64,000 bases of DNA from Tubiluchus corallicola (taxonomy: Eukaryota; Animalia; Priapulida). The translations under genes were made by a program, and so were the position numbers. Every line of letters begins with the position of its first letter. Positions within the stretch are counted from its first letter, which is position 1. Positions 1-13,149 of this stretch are shown one piece after another. The stretch spans positions 511,266 to 575,265 of the forward strand of contig JAQGDQ010000102.1 of the NCBI GenBank assembly GCA_030141605.1. The letters are read 5' to 3'. Below the pieces are notes generated by a model that saw nothing but the letters and a program-made list of their open reading frames with translations, made no database searches and was not told the origin of the DNA.

Positions 1-2317
1 TGAACATGGACTAACAATAAATGTTTAGTTAGCATAACGATAATTTTACTTTATACTAGTGAGGTTACGTGGTAACAACTCCAGCCGTGTGACGTCTAGG
101 TTGTCCCAGTGCATGTGAAGTCTCTAGTCATTTCAACTATGTTTTTATTTACGATGTGCAATAATATCGTAGTCTCGTTTTATATACGCGGTTGTACATT
201 TTTCTACTTGATCAGTGAAGATGTCCCATATTGTGTGTTTGGATTAACATATTAGTTGTATTATCATTTTTGTTTAATGTTTCATGGGATCACGTTCAAT
301 GCCCTAGCCAAACGTATAGCCGTTTTGTTGTTACTCGTCTGAGAGTACGGTCTTGTAGTTTTAGTTACTAACAAAGATATTAGATGGACTTTTTATGTTA
401 TCATAGATAGACGAGTTATGTGTTGACTTTCATTAATCAAGTTTCCGGGGCATTGAAAGAACCACGTTATTGCCCCCAACGACCACGCATCAGATCAAAG
501 TATTTTCCTAAGATTTTGCTGTACAGAACTTCCTTACTTTGTTTGTATTTTTAGTAATAATGTAAGAAACTACAAGTGGGTACAAGATTTTGCGCATTTA
601 TCATAAGAGAGCAACTTAAACAAACTCTAGGATAGGTTAATTTACTTGTATAGTGTTGAATTTTAATAATAATAAATTTATCAACTAAACGTGAATTTGT
701 TTCTTGTGTGAAGATGGCAGCACTGCAGAGATAAAAAATTAGATTAAATCAGATGACCAAAATGTTTGCAATCTGATTATTTTTATTAAGCAAACAAACT
801 CACAACAGGAAACTTCACAAAGTAACATGGTAATAAATACACTATATACAATCTCAACTAGTTTTTGCAATTAAAAAACACGTGCAAAAAATAACAGTTA
901 TAGCATAGGTAGACTCACACCAGGGTGCACCACTGTTCATTGCTGTAATTGGCCAACCAGTAAACCGAACACTGACCGTAAGGCCGCATGCTAAAAGTTG
1001 AACTATTAGGTAGTACACTGGCCTTAAGAATGCGCTGCATTCCACGATCACGTATGGAATGCTAGCAGCTTAACGACTCTAGTCACAGCTGCCTTACTTT
1101 ATTCAGTTCTAATAAATATTTATAAAGTTAGGTTTTTAAAAACTTAAAAATTACAATAAGTTACATTGGCATTTATTGACAATTTGATTATTGGTATAAA
1201 TGGTAACAAAATTCAACAATCCGACGGGCAAAGTTGAGCATGCACACGAGAATGTAACAGCAAATCTAAATCGCGAGAGCACATAACTGAAAAATTTGTA
1301 AAGCAAATGGAATTCTTTGTCTAATTTGTTAATTTTTATAATAGTTAAAATTAATAACAGCCACCTGTGTTATACTTAGACTAAGGGCTGAAGTTACATA
1401 CAGTATAACATCATTATAGCAAATCTGATAGAGACTCAGAAAAAAGTACTTTATTATAACCAAGATATTCTATAACCAATGTACTCTATAAACATATGTA
1501 CCTTATCTTATGTATATGATTACTACATGATCAAGCATGTATTAACAGTGACGGTGTATAATTGTAGTACAATATGTAGCTTCATAGAGGACGCAAGTAA
1601 TTTTATAAGATGCCTTCAAATATCAACCACTTTGGAGTGTATTCAAATCCAATGAAAAGTATTTTATGTGAGTTCAATGAATTAAAAATTATCGAATGTT
1701 CATATTAAATTGCACATACACGTTCAGTTACAAATTTGTCAGGGGTCACATGTTCAGTAAAGTCGGTGAGATCCAGAAAAGTCGGTTAATATTGTTTGCA
1801 GAAAATTTCTGTTTGTTACTTGTATAAAAAGTTTTTGCATCAAAGTAACTGTTAAGGTTCATCACTTGATGCAGTGCGTTACATTTCAGCAGTGCGTTAC
1901 AAGTGCACGTATGTAAACAGCTGGGTGCCAAACCACTGAATGACTCATTATCTTTATACAGCTAGTAGATAAATGACCTTTTGACAAGACATGCTGCCCG
2001 TCAAACGCTTTTTTCGCAGCACTGTAAATTAGTTCAATTTATTTTTCGAATAAAAGTTCGCAATACTCAATAACCGAGTATGTTGTACTTCAAAGTCATT
2101 ATATTAGTTAAAAACATATAAATGTTGAAAGTTCGATCTTTTTTTGTTAGTTCGTATTACGGGTGTGTACTCAATAAACCATGTTCGCTATAATGGTGTT
2201 ATACTATAAGCAACATCGCATGTTTTCAAAAGTTAGCAATTTTATTTTAAGAATTAGTGACAGCATTCCAAATCAAGCATTCAAGGATGTTCACAATGGC
2301 AGGGGACCACAGGACAG

Positions 2318-5300
2318 CTACAACTTGTCCGAATGCCAGATCCATTTTTTGACCGTTCGGTCAAAGCTGTTGTTGATCCACTGCTGTTCCAGCAGCTTGT
2401 ATCGGTCACCGCTCAAGTACAGCGGCTTGCCACGCCTAGGTAAATACAATAACAAGTTTGTTATATCTTAAAGGAAAAATCAACCCTTAAACAATATTCA
2501 TTGTACACTCATAGACGCATTGAAACTGTACAACATGATACGGGCGCATAAAATGCCGCTGTAAACTAGCAAAGTTGGATCTTATATTATCGTCAGTAAC
2601 TAACGGCATTAAATAGCTGGCAATGAAACGGGATTCATCAAAATGCAAAAAACACACTATAGCATTAATAATCTCTCGTTTAACGTTATGGATCGTGTGC
2701 AGTTAGTTCGTAACAGTTTGCAGCTGGAAAAGAAGTTCCCTCAAGCACCTGGTTGGATAAGTGTTTATATTGCACGGTAACCAATTCAAGCCATGAGCGC
2801 CCCAAGCGTGAAATGATCGCAACTTTAAACTGATTTCACTAATTGCACTTCTGTTGCTGAAACTTTCTAATATTTTTCTCAAATACTAAAATAAGATATT
2901 AAAATTCTCAAAAATAAGCTTAACTTCTCGAAAGACTTGACTTTAGCTTTAAGGTGAACACTGCCAGGCCTGTGAAAGAGCAAAAAGAGGATGATACCAA
3001 TGAATACAGAGAGTAAGAAAATAAAAGGGGAGAAGAAAGAGGAAGAACAAGAGAGCAACACATACCTGAGATCTCTGTCTTCTTCGCCGAAGCTGTCCAA
3101 GTAAACTGACCCCCAGATGCAGGCTCGGGCACCGCTGACTATAATGACTAGGGAAGAATTAACAGCTAAAAATATTCCTGTTCCGGCTCCGCAGTCCATC
3201 GAGTGCTACAAGTAATTAAGATAATGAAGTTAATTAGCAATTAAGCAACATGTCTAAAGACAAGATGATGCTGTAGATAGATAGATATTTTATTTCTGAA
3301 AATCACATTTCCAACACAAAAATTACAAATTACACCCGATGGTTTTATCAGCGGGCAGAGCTCGGGTAATGATTTCCAGATCGTACTAACAATTTTACTC
3401 AACATAGCTGCACAGGTATACATACAGATATACAAATTTAGTTGTAAGCTCCATAAAGCGAAAAATAAAACTATTTACCAAGCATTTGTACACATGTATT
3501 AAACAAATATTTTACCTATATGATGATCTCCGTGATGCGGTTATATATCCGCTAACAAAGCTATACTATTTAATTCACAAATCTTGCATACAGTCGTAAA
3601 TGAAACTACCTATTGACGTTAATTCTCCATCAAATAAATTTGCAATATTACTATAATTTAATGCGTACAGTGATCTATAAAGTGCATTTTCATGGCACTC
3701 GCACAAAAAATGCTCTTCTGTCTGAATTTCTCCACAAAGACACAGCCTGCGCTCACGAGGTACATTTGCCCAACGACCTGTTTCTATAGCTAGATTGTGT
3801 GATGAGACCCTTATTCTTGTGATGATTATACGTTTGTGCTCAGGTAACTCTGTCTTCCCATACATTGGATACACGGTCAAATTGGGATTTATTTCCAAAT
3901 AAGTCTTGCATTTTGTACGATTAGAAACTCGGACATGAGTCTTTCGTCTCTCTACATCTATCTGTACGTGATCCGCTGTAGACATAACATTGTCTAAATA
4001 TTTGTATCCCTTTGTTCGCGTATAGATGTCTGCATAGCTGACACAAGCAATGAGCCACGGATTTAAATCAATAAATTAAATTTAAGCCAAATTTGCTAAA
4101 GTTTACAAAGTTTGGCTAAATTCTCCACGCGCAAGAAATTCGTTCGTGAAGCAGATTAGGGTTAGGGTCCTTCTGCCAAATTTTATCGTATGAGTTATAA
4201 CAGTAACTGCTATAGCAATGCCAGACCTGCCAATCATTTTAAAAGTAACAATGAGTGTGAAACGCAAAAGGCCCAGGGATCCTTTCACCCCTGGAAGAGT
4301 TCAGGGGGCAAATTATGCCACAGAAATTTTAGCTTGTTTGGATAAAAATCTATTTATTAAAGAATTAAGGTGAAATAAGATAAATTTTGAGTACTGCTGA
4401 GCTTTCTTATGCTATTATTGTAGTTTACAATGATTTATATATAAATATGTTTCTTTGTAGACATGAAAAGCTCAATAATGCCCAAAGTACTTAATTTTCA
4501 CTAAATGTAATGTAACCTTTAGTGTAATAATTTATATACATCGCGAGACTCATAACTCATATACTGTGTCACTGAGAGCAGTACTAGTAATTATGTTGTT
4601 GTTGATGCTCAAGGCAAAGGAAGCCAGGTGATTTGCAAAATTGTGTGTGAAAGTTACGGAATACAGAAAAATTGAATTTAATGCATGTGCACGTGTGAAA
4701 AACTTAATATACATGTGATGTACGCCTAATGCGTGAGAGTTGGCAGGTCTGTATTACACGTGTCCAGTTTCTATGGATGAAAATGGCAAAATCGACGAGC
4801 ACATCACAAAGGACAATGCTTCATCTTCCCCCAATTACAATAATAACATCATAATAATTCCCCTAGGAGGAATTATTTCTAAATTGATAGCAAACTGAAA
4901 AAAGTGTACAATGTACATGCATTTCAGGGGATGAGCAAATCGGTTAACTTTTCGATCCATAAACAATTTTATCCACAGTCTGTCCGAAATCCACATTTTG
5001 TTATTAACAGGTATCCACAAATGCGCCGCTGTATTAATTCAAATCAGCAATCCGCTCCTAATCCACATGGCTTCCAATCTGCAATCCTGCTCGTATGGCT
5101 AATTTTAATTCAAAGACACCTATTGCATGCCACCTAGTTACTGTGGAAGTTGAGAAAAAATTAAAATTACTAAATCGATTAGAACCACAGCAGAAGTGAA
5201 TTATCTTTCAGCAAATCCTGTAGAAAGAAACTTAGACGAAAAATGCTCTATAGCACAGAAACACGATAGAAAATTAAAAATCTTTTGGGCTACTCTGTAG

Positions 5301-8300
5301 TCTGCATTCTATCAGGAAGACGGGAACAAACAATGACTGTGAACATAAGCCACAGCCTGCAGAAAAAACGTTCTAGCGGCGCCTGGTGGGATTCTCAGAA
5401 GGAGATATAGGACTCTTTAGAAAGAGCAAGAACAGGGCTATACGATGATGTAGGATATATTTTAGGGCAGGTCCATCAAGAGGAGTGGCGTCAAGTTAAT
5501 TAGATGTTCTATTTTTGGCAATTTTCGCTTAGAAAACTGCTGACGCAAAGCCATTGTTGTGACGTCATCCATTATAATCTGTCTATAACCTTATAGCTTT
5601 AATTCAGTAAAAGCTGCTGCTGCTGGCTTTGCGTTACATAAACTGACAAACACTAGGTAGGATGTTCGCGCATTTTTGATTATGAGTGTATTTATAAGCA
5701 ATTTTTTTGCGGGGCCTTTGCTAGTAGAAAATTAAAAATCTTTTGGGCTACTCTGTAGTCTGCATTCCATCAGGAAGACGGGAACAAACAATGACTGAGA
5801 GCCTTTGTTAGGTAATATGAGTAGATCAAAATAAAAAACGGTATTATTTGCAGTGGTAACTTGCAGCTAAAATTACTGGAGCTGCTGCTTCAGAAAATGA
5901 AAATTTTTAGCCATTGTTTTAGTACTGTGTAAAACGAAACAAACATATGTAGTTTTAATATGGTAATTCGTAATTGTAATTTTGAACAAATAAACATTCA
6001 AAAATTTGTACATAAAACTTGATAAAATCCTAAGCAAAAAATACTGTTTGCTCACAAATAGCTTAAATTGTTGTAGTTCAAGAATATGCCAGTACACGGC
6101 TTTTGAACAGATGACAACTGACAACACACACTGCGTGACGACAGTACTCATTCCACCTAAAAAGCAGCATCTTATCTCAGAGATGTGTGCATGGCTGCAT
6201 GCGTGCAACAGCCAAACACCACATTGCTGTAGAGCGCACTGTGCTGAGCTGTGAAGCAAACAGTACTACCCTCACATGCTCTGGTCCCGTACAAGTACAA
6301 AGAAAGAACTGAAGAAAAAAGGCTTATTATATTGAATATTATCGCTAATGTTGAGAGAAAATAAGGGGTGCTGCAGTTTCACAGTACTTATACACGAGCC
6401 GCCACTAGTTATTTGCAAAACAGTCGTATGCGCTCCACGTGACTTCCACATTGTTTATCAAAATTATGGATTAACACTGATGATAAATAAAATCTCTCTG
6501 GCCACAAATATTTTTTCTGCATTTCTTTATTTTTGATAACAAATCTGCAATCCGAGCGAATCTGCAAAAAAAGTTGCGGTTCTTGCACCAATCCAGTCCG
6601 CGGGACTGTGGTCCACTCATCCCTGATGCTTTGACAAAGGACAGTTTATTGAGCATTGCATGTGGTACCATCTAAATGAAAAAAATTGAAACAAACAAGC
6701 ACCCAAAGCAGCACCTTACACCATCTGGCATTGTTGCACCACCTATAGCTAAACTGGATGCACATATTCAAAAATTTTCTCTCAACTCTCGCAACAACAC
6801 AAGAATATGCACAAAATGAGGTTTGAATTAAATTACATACCTGCACGCACTCAAAGATTTCCTGTTGCTTGCAGCAGTGATCTCTCATGCACATGAAAAC
6901 ACCGCAAATCAGACACACAGCTGGTTCCTTTGGCGACAGTCCACAATTATTGCACTGCTTTGTACGATAATACGTGAATATCTTGTCATATTCGTGAGGT
7001 AAGCTCAGCAGGCGGGGAAAATTCCAGGAAAACCGTCTCATCAGTAAGCTCTGAAAATTCAAAATCTTTTGATAAAGTGAACACTCAATTAGCACAACTC
7101 ACAGACCAAAAAATGTTCGTTTTGCATTCCAACACTAAGACATGAAGATCCTAAGTTTACAGCTTAGACTAATACTGCTGTTATCGAAGATATTTTTAAA
7201 TTCTGAAGAACAATTATTCCTACTGGTTTTCTGAATGTTCGAACCATCAAGTTTTTCTTGGCAAAATAATTTCCACAAAAAAGTGATTTTCTGGAATACA
7301 ACTCTGTGTGCACAAGTCACGCGAAGCACGTGCACATAACCATTAAGCTAAGAACCCCGCCCATGTTCCAACAAAGACAATTAGACTGAAGTTTCGCCTA
7401 ACCAAAATGACCTGCATTTAAAATGAAATAAGCAGATGTCATTAGAGAAGCAGCCAGAAGAAGAAACTAGAAAGGTACAATGTACTGCCGTTTCATACTA
7501 CTACATGTACTACTATGTACTACTACATGTACTACTGTACTACATGTACTACAACATACACACATACCTTTGACGGCATGTCGCCACGAGTGATGGAAGA
7601 AATAAACTCATTACACCAGGATTTGATGAGCGCTTTACACTGTGCATCATCACCGCCCAAACTCAACAACCTGAGACAACTTTGCACAGTTTCATCATTA
7701 CTGTGCAACTCCAGATACCGCGTCAAATGATCCATGCTATCCACAGACGTCTGCAACAGAAATGTGCATTAAACAATCCAGTAACGAGCATCAACCAATA
7801 AAGACTGGCTTCACATTCTTCAGCATAGATAGCTTTAACGTTTCTAATAGTTTCAATAGGTAATAATGTATGGTGTGTGAAAAAATCAATAATCACACTT
7901 GCATGTGAAGAGGAACAGAAAAGGGTAGACAAAAATCGATAAAACAACAAAAAAATGAGAACGTTTGATTTTGAATAGTGTTAAGTCTTAATATCCGATA
8001 CTGCCGCCATTTGTGTAGCTGATTAACCATGAAGGGGGGATTGCTTATTCATTCCCTCAAAAATTTAGTTCATGAAAGAAGAACCACAAGCTTTTTATTT
8101 ACCAAACTGTGCCATTCGTCGTTGTACAGATGATACTGTAGCAGTGCCGCTAACTTCAAAAATGGAAGACAGGCATCGTTAACATACTTTTCTGCGCTTT
8201 CCATGGACCAGGTCTGCTGACAATGCTAAATAAAAATAATTCGACTAGGTTAATCAAATTTAAAAGCACGTAATAAATATATAAAAAATATCAGCGATTT

Positions 8301-11300
8301 ATCTTAATATATATGCAACAAATATGAAAATTCTGATTAAGATTAGATTTAGTTTTATTCATTCATCCATTTGCAACAATATTACGAAATACAGATTATT
8401 ACATTTAAAAATTGACAATGCATTGTAGTGCTATGAGCGTAGCAGAAGCAATTAACTTCTAAGCTCTTATACTCTCAACGTAGATACGCCTTAATAGATG
8501 ACAGGATGATTTTTGATATACTACCGCATTTTCAAGTCCGATAAAAAGTAAACATTTTAACACAATTAATACTGCAAAAGCATTTCTGATAATTGAATAA
8601 AAGATTAAAAACTTAATTAATGGCAGGCGAGCCCAACCATCACAAACTAACATAATTTTCAGCATCAGAAACATTCCATCAGCATGTTGCACGTGTTTGC
8701 GAAAGCAAAAATTGAAGTACAGTGCTAGTGCAAGAGATTCAGAATGTTCTACTAAAACTCCGCAAGTTTTATGATAAAAATTCAAATTTCAAATTTACCG
8801 CAGTACTCACGCACAAGGTGTCGAACATGTAGCAAAATGTATGTAACAGCGAAGAACAAGTGGCGCAAATGCGAAATTGTGTTTGTGTGATAATAATTCT
8901 TTCACGCAAGTCATTTTTAAAAAAAAATAGTCTGTTTGCTTCCAATATTTTAAAGAGCAGATACCATATTTCACGCAAAGCATATGTAATTTGAGCCTAT
9001 CAAATCACTTGCAGTCACCAGCCTAGTTATGCATCAGAACTGGTGATACTTAACTTTTCAACTAAAATGAACTCCTACTGTAACAAAATTTAAGTGCAAA
9101 AGTAACACAGATAATTTCCCTACAACGTAGAAAAATTTTGAGACGTTAGTTTACGTGTTTTTGAAGGTCTTTACTTACAACTGTTGCCGTTGTTGTTGCC
9201 AAGTCTTCAGAATCTTCGTAGAGTCGGCTGTGGACAAGATGAGACAAAACGATGGCCACCGTCTTTTCTACTAGAGACTGCAATAAAAATAATCTTGATG
9301 AATATTTTTCTAAAGTAAAAAACTAAAACACTTCTATATTTTCTTGATTAAACAAAATGAAAACAGGATGATTTTTCATACTCTACTGCATTTGACTACC
9401 ACTTTAAACACTAGAACATACAATTTAAAGCAAATTACAGTAAACAATAAATTTGGAAATAACTCTATATCAAACAGGCCATACATTTATGGAACTTACT
9501 ACCCAGTGAAATAAAACAAATAGAATCTCTCGACCACTTTAAAAAGAAATTAAAAGAATATCAATATAACAGGTTTCAACTTCCACATTGTGCATCTGAT
9601 ACTAATTACACACTCAACTTTCATCTACCCCCGCCCCTGACTCCATAGAACGATTAAAAATGAAAATTTTTAAAAAAAATTATGTAATGTAATACGTGTT
9701 ATGTTAGTTTTGTAATGTCAAATGTATAAATAGTGTAAATGTAATGAGTGAAATTTATGTAATGTAAAGCATGTTTCTGTTAATTGTGTCATGTCAAATG
9801 TATATATAGTGTAAAATATGTCATGTAAAATTTAATGTACTTTTGTAAAATTGTTTTGTAAAAATATTTTAATATGGTGTTTGTAAATATGTTCATTTAT
9901 TATATATAGTTTTGCACTTTGTTTTTTTTTAGTATGCACTGGACGCATTTGTCTTGAACAGTGTTGTTATTTTAACATTACGCTGAGGCTTACTCAATTT
10001 TATTACAATGAGTGAACCATTTTAATGACAAATAAAGAATTTATATAAACATATATATATTGACATGTACAGTAAAAAGTATACATTTTAACACCTATAA
10101 TAATGCCAACACGTTTCTCATAATTAAATAATAGGTTAAAAACGTAATTAAAGATCGGCGAGTCCAACTAGTGAAGGCATCACAAATGAATGTAATTTTC
10201 AATGGCACAAAAATTTCACAAGCATGTTGCACGTGTTTTCAAAAGCGTAAATTGAAGTACAGTGCTACTGTACAACATTCAGTGCGATATATAAAAACAC
10301 GGCAAATTTTTAAAGTTTAAAATTCTAATTTCAAGTTTACGTGATGTGATGCGTGAGCTCAGAACTGAACACATCTGAACTAGAGGTTGAGCACCTGTTT
10401 TTTGTGCAACGATGTACAGACACTAGTGCCAATCTAACTAGCGAATGGCGAAATGTATGTAACATCGAAGAACTAGCTGCGTGAAATGTGAGTAATAACT
10501 CTTTCACGTATTATGGAAAAATCGTATGTTTCCTTCAATATTTTAAAGAATAGATTGTTTAGACTCACAGTTTAAGATTGGGTCCGGTTTTGTTTTTAAA
10601 TTAGTTCTCAAAGAACTCAAGATATTCCAACACATCACAAGCTTGTCACCCGAAATGTGACGAATTTTTGAAAAAAAGTATGTTCTCTTTCAATATTTTA
10701 TAAGCTAGGGTAATAGGGTAATACCCTATTTTATAGGGTAAGCACGGCCCATTTACCGTTAAAATTGGGACAAGTCAACTATAAAATTTGAAAGAAGTCA
10801 GTGAATATATTTGAACAACAAAGGCTCAGTAATGCAATAACTCATGACAGGTTCATAGAACAACTGGTAGCTTTTTAAAGTGAAATAATAAAAGATTTTT
10901 GTTGTTGCTCAATGGTTACCAAGTTGATTATACAGTAAATTATTATACACATAATGAACAGTGTGGCAAATAAGTGACTCAAGTTAACAAGTAATGAAAG
11001 TGCAACTCGAGTGGAATGTTTGTCAACGGTAAAGTTAGGTACTTCTGGGACTGAACGGTTAATGGGGTATGAAATGGGATACTTACCAGACTAGAAAATA
11101 GGGTGCTCATGAGATTATAAAGTGGGACACATGTCTAATAATGAAAAGAGTTACTGCTTACCAAACTTTCAGTTTTATGTCTCCATGTTTCACGCTCTTG
11201 TTCTGAAAACTGGCATGTCAAGATGGCGACGGCTTGAATGACTTGTAGATTATACAATGACTGCACAATGCAGGTATAATATGCTGTAAAGTGTTAACAA

Positions 11301-12925
11301 TGATTGTGAGGTCAAAGGTCAAATACAGCATGCTTCATGGAGTTTCAGTTTTAAACAAAAACATAAAGAAAATGCTCTAACTTAACATTTTTTGATACTT
11401 TTAACTTTTTTTTGGTGGTTCATATGACAGAAAATCAGGAAGGTCGTCATCGTCCACTGATTCATGCGTCCAGGGACATGATTCTGTTCACCTCTTTATG
11501 CTGATCCTCTCTACTCTCTGCAATTGACCAAGTGTCTCTCTATGCCAGGACTACCTACTCTTCACAAGTGTTGCTATGTCTGAGGATCAGTGCTGAAGTG
11601 TTTAAATCTTTCTGTACAAACTCAAAACATGTTAACATTTGCCCTCCTGCTGGTTTTTAAGGTGTGAAAGTGTCATTTACAAAGAAAGTCTGGAACCTGA
11701 CTTTGCGCATTTTAATCATTAGATGACGCCAGCAAAATTCAGCCCTTAGTTACAATAGCGTTTCCAGATCACCTGTCACCTTTCACACGCTCTCCTGTAC
11801 GGAGCTTATTGTGGCAGAGTCTAGAGACGTAACTTTACAGTTTCCATTGTGGTAAGTGTTTTAGCTCAATAATTATGTTTATGGGAGTTCCGCTTTTTCT
11901 GGCCTTTAAACGTTGTGCAGCAGGATGGCCTGTTTGGCCGTCTAGGTTACCTCCATGGTAGCATTGTTTAAAAATCCAGTGTCACAGAAACAATGCAGTA
12001 TCCTAGGTAGCTGTTGCCAGGACATTTCTTTAGCCTGCGATTTTCCGAAGTTCCATGAGAAAAATAAAATGTTTTAGGGAAAAACGCAATTTTGAGCTGT
12101 GATTTCAATAGGGAGAGCCATGAAATTTAAAAAAAGGGGTTTCGAAAAACTTAAATTTCAAGTTATGCTTAGCTCTTTTAATTAAAGAAAATTTGTTGCC
12201 AATATTAAATTTGACCTTTAAAATAAACAACAACAACTACAGAATTACAGGAAATGACGGTGCAAAAGAAATAAATATTTTAGATAATGTTTTAATATCC
12301 TATGCAGAAGTTATAGCATACAATAAGAAGCAAAGCTGGTTACAGAATGCAGTGCAATGAACTGTATAAATGTGAATCAGATGTAATAATGTATATCAAA
12401 AGGAATTCAAATAAGTGATAAATTCCACTGATCACCTTTATGCATTCCAAGAGGTAGGGCAAGTACCAGGCCCACGAGTAGCGAAGCCGTGTCGTGTAGA
12501 AGTAACGGCATCATCTCTTCAGTGCTGTACCATCTCTGCTGTACGTCACTGTAACATGGAAAGTAAGTAAGTAAGTAAGTAAGCAATTTATTGCCATTAT
12601 AGCATAATATATACAATGAAATTCATGTGGTTTTACTCCACAACAAATGTTTAAAGGAATCGACAAAAATTAGCACGAACCTGATAACACTCTCGGGAGC
12701 AGGAATACAAGAAATCAGAGACCAGACAAGAGCAAACGGAGCCAAATCTTCTGACTTTGCATGAAGTTCTAGCATCTGCATCAGTGACTTAGTACACATC
12801 TTTCTAGTCGTGGCAGCAAGAGGTAAACATGTCATGGAATCACCCAATGAGCCTCCAGTTTGCAGTAGTTCCAGCTCTAAATTGCACCTACAAAACAAAT
12901 TGTATATCTTATAATAATCACAATC

Positions 12926-12983
<58 letters not shown>

Positions 12984-13050
12984 CAATAATAACAATAACA
13001 ATAATAATAATAATAATAATAACAACAATAATAACAATAACAACAACAAC

Positions 13051-13149
<99 letters not shown>

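Noticed and set aside
714-734. aagATGGCAGCA start-like context on the plus strand
   Set aside because: Stop codon after six codons and no convincing donor.
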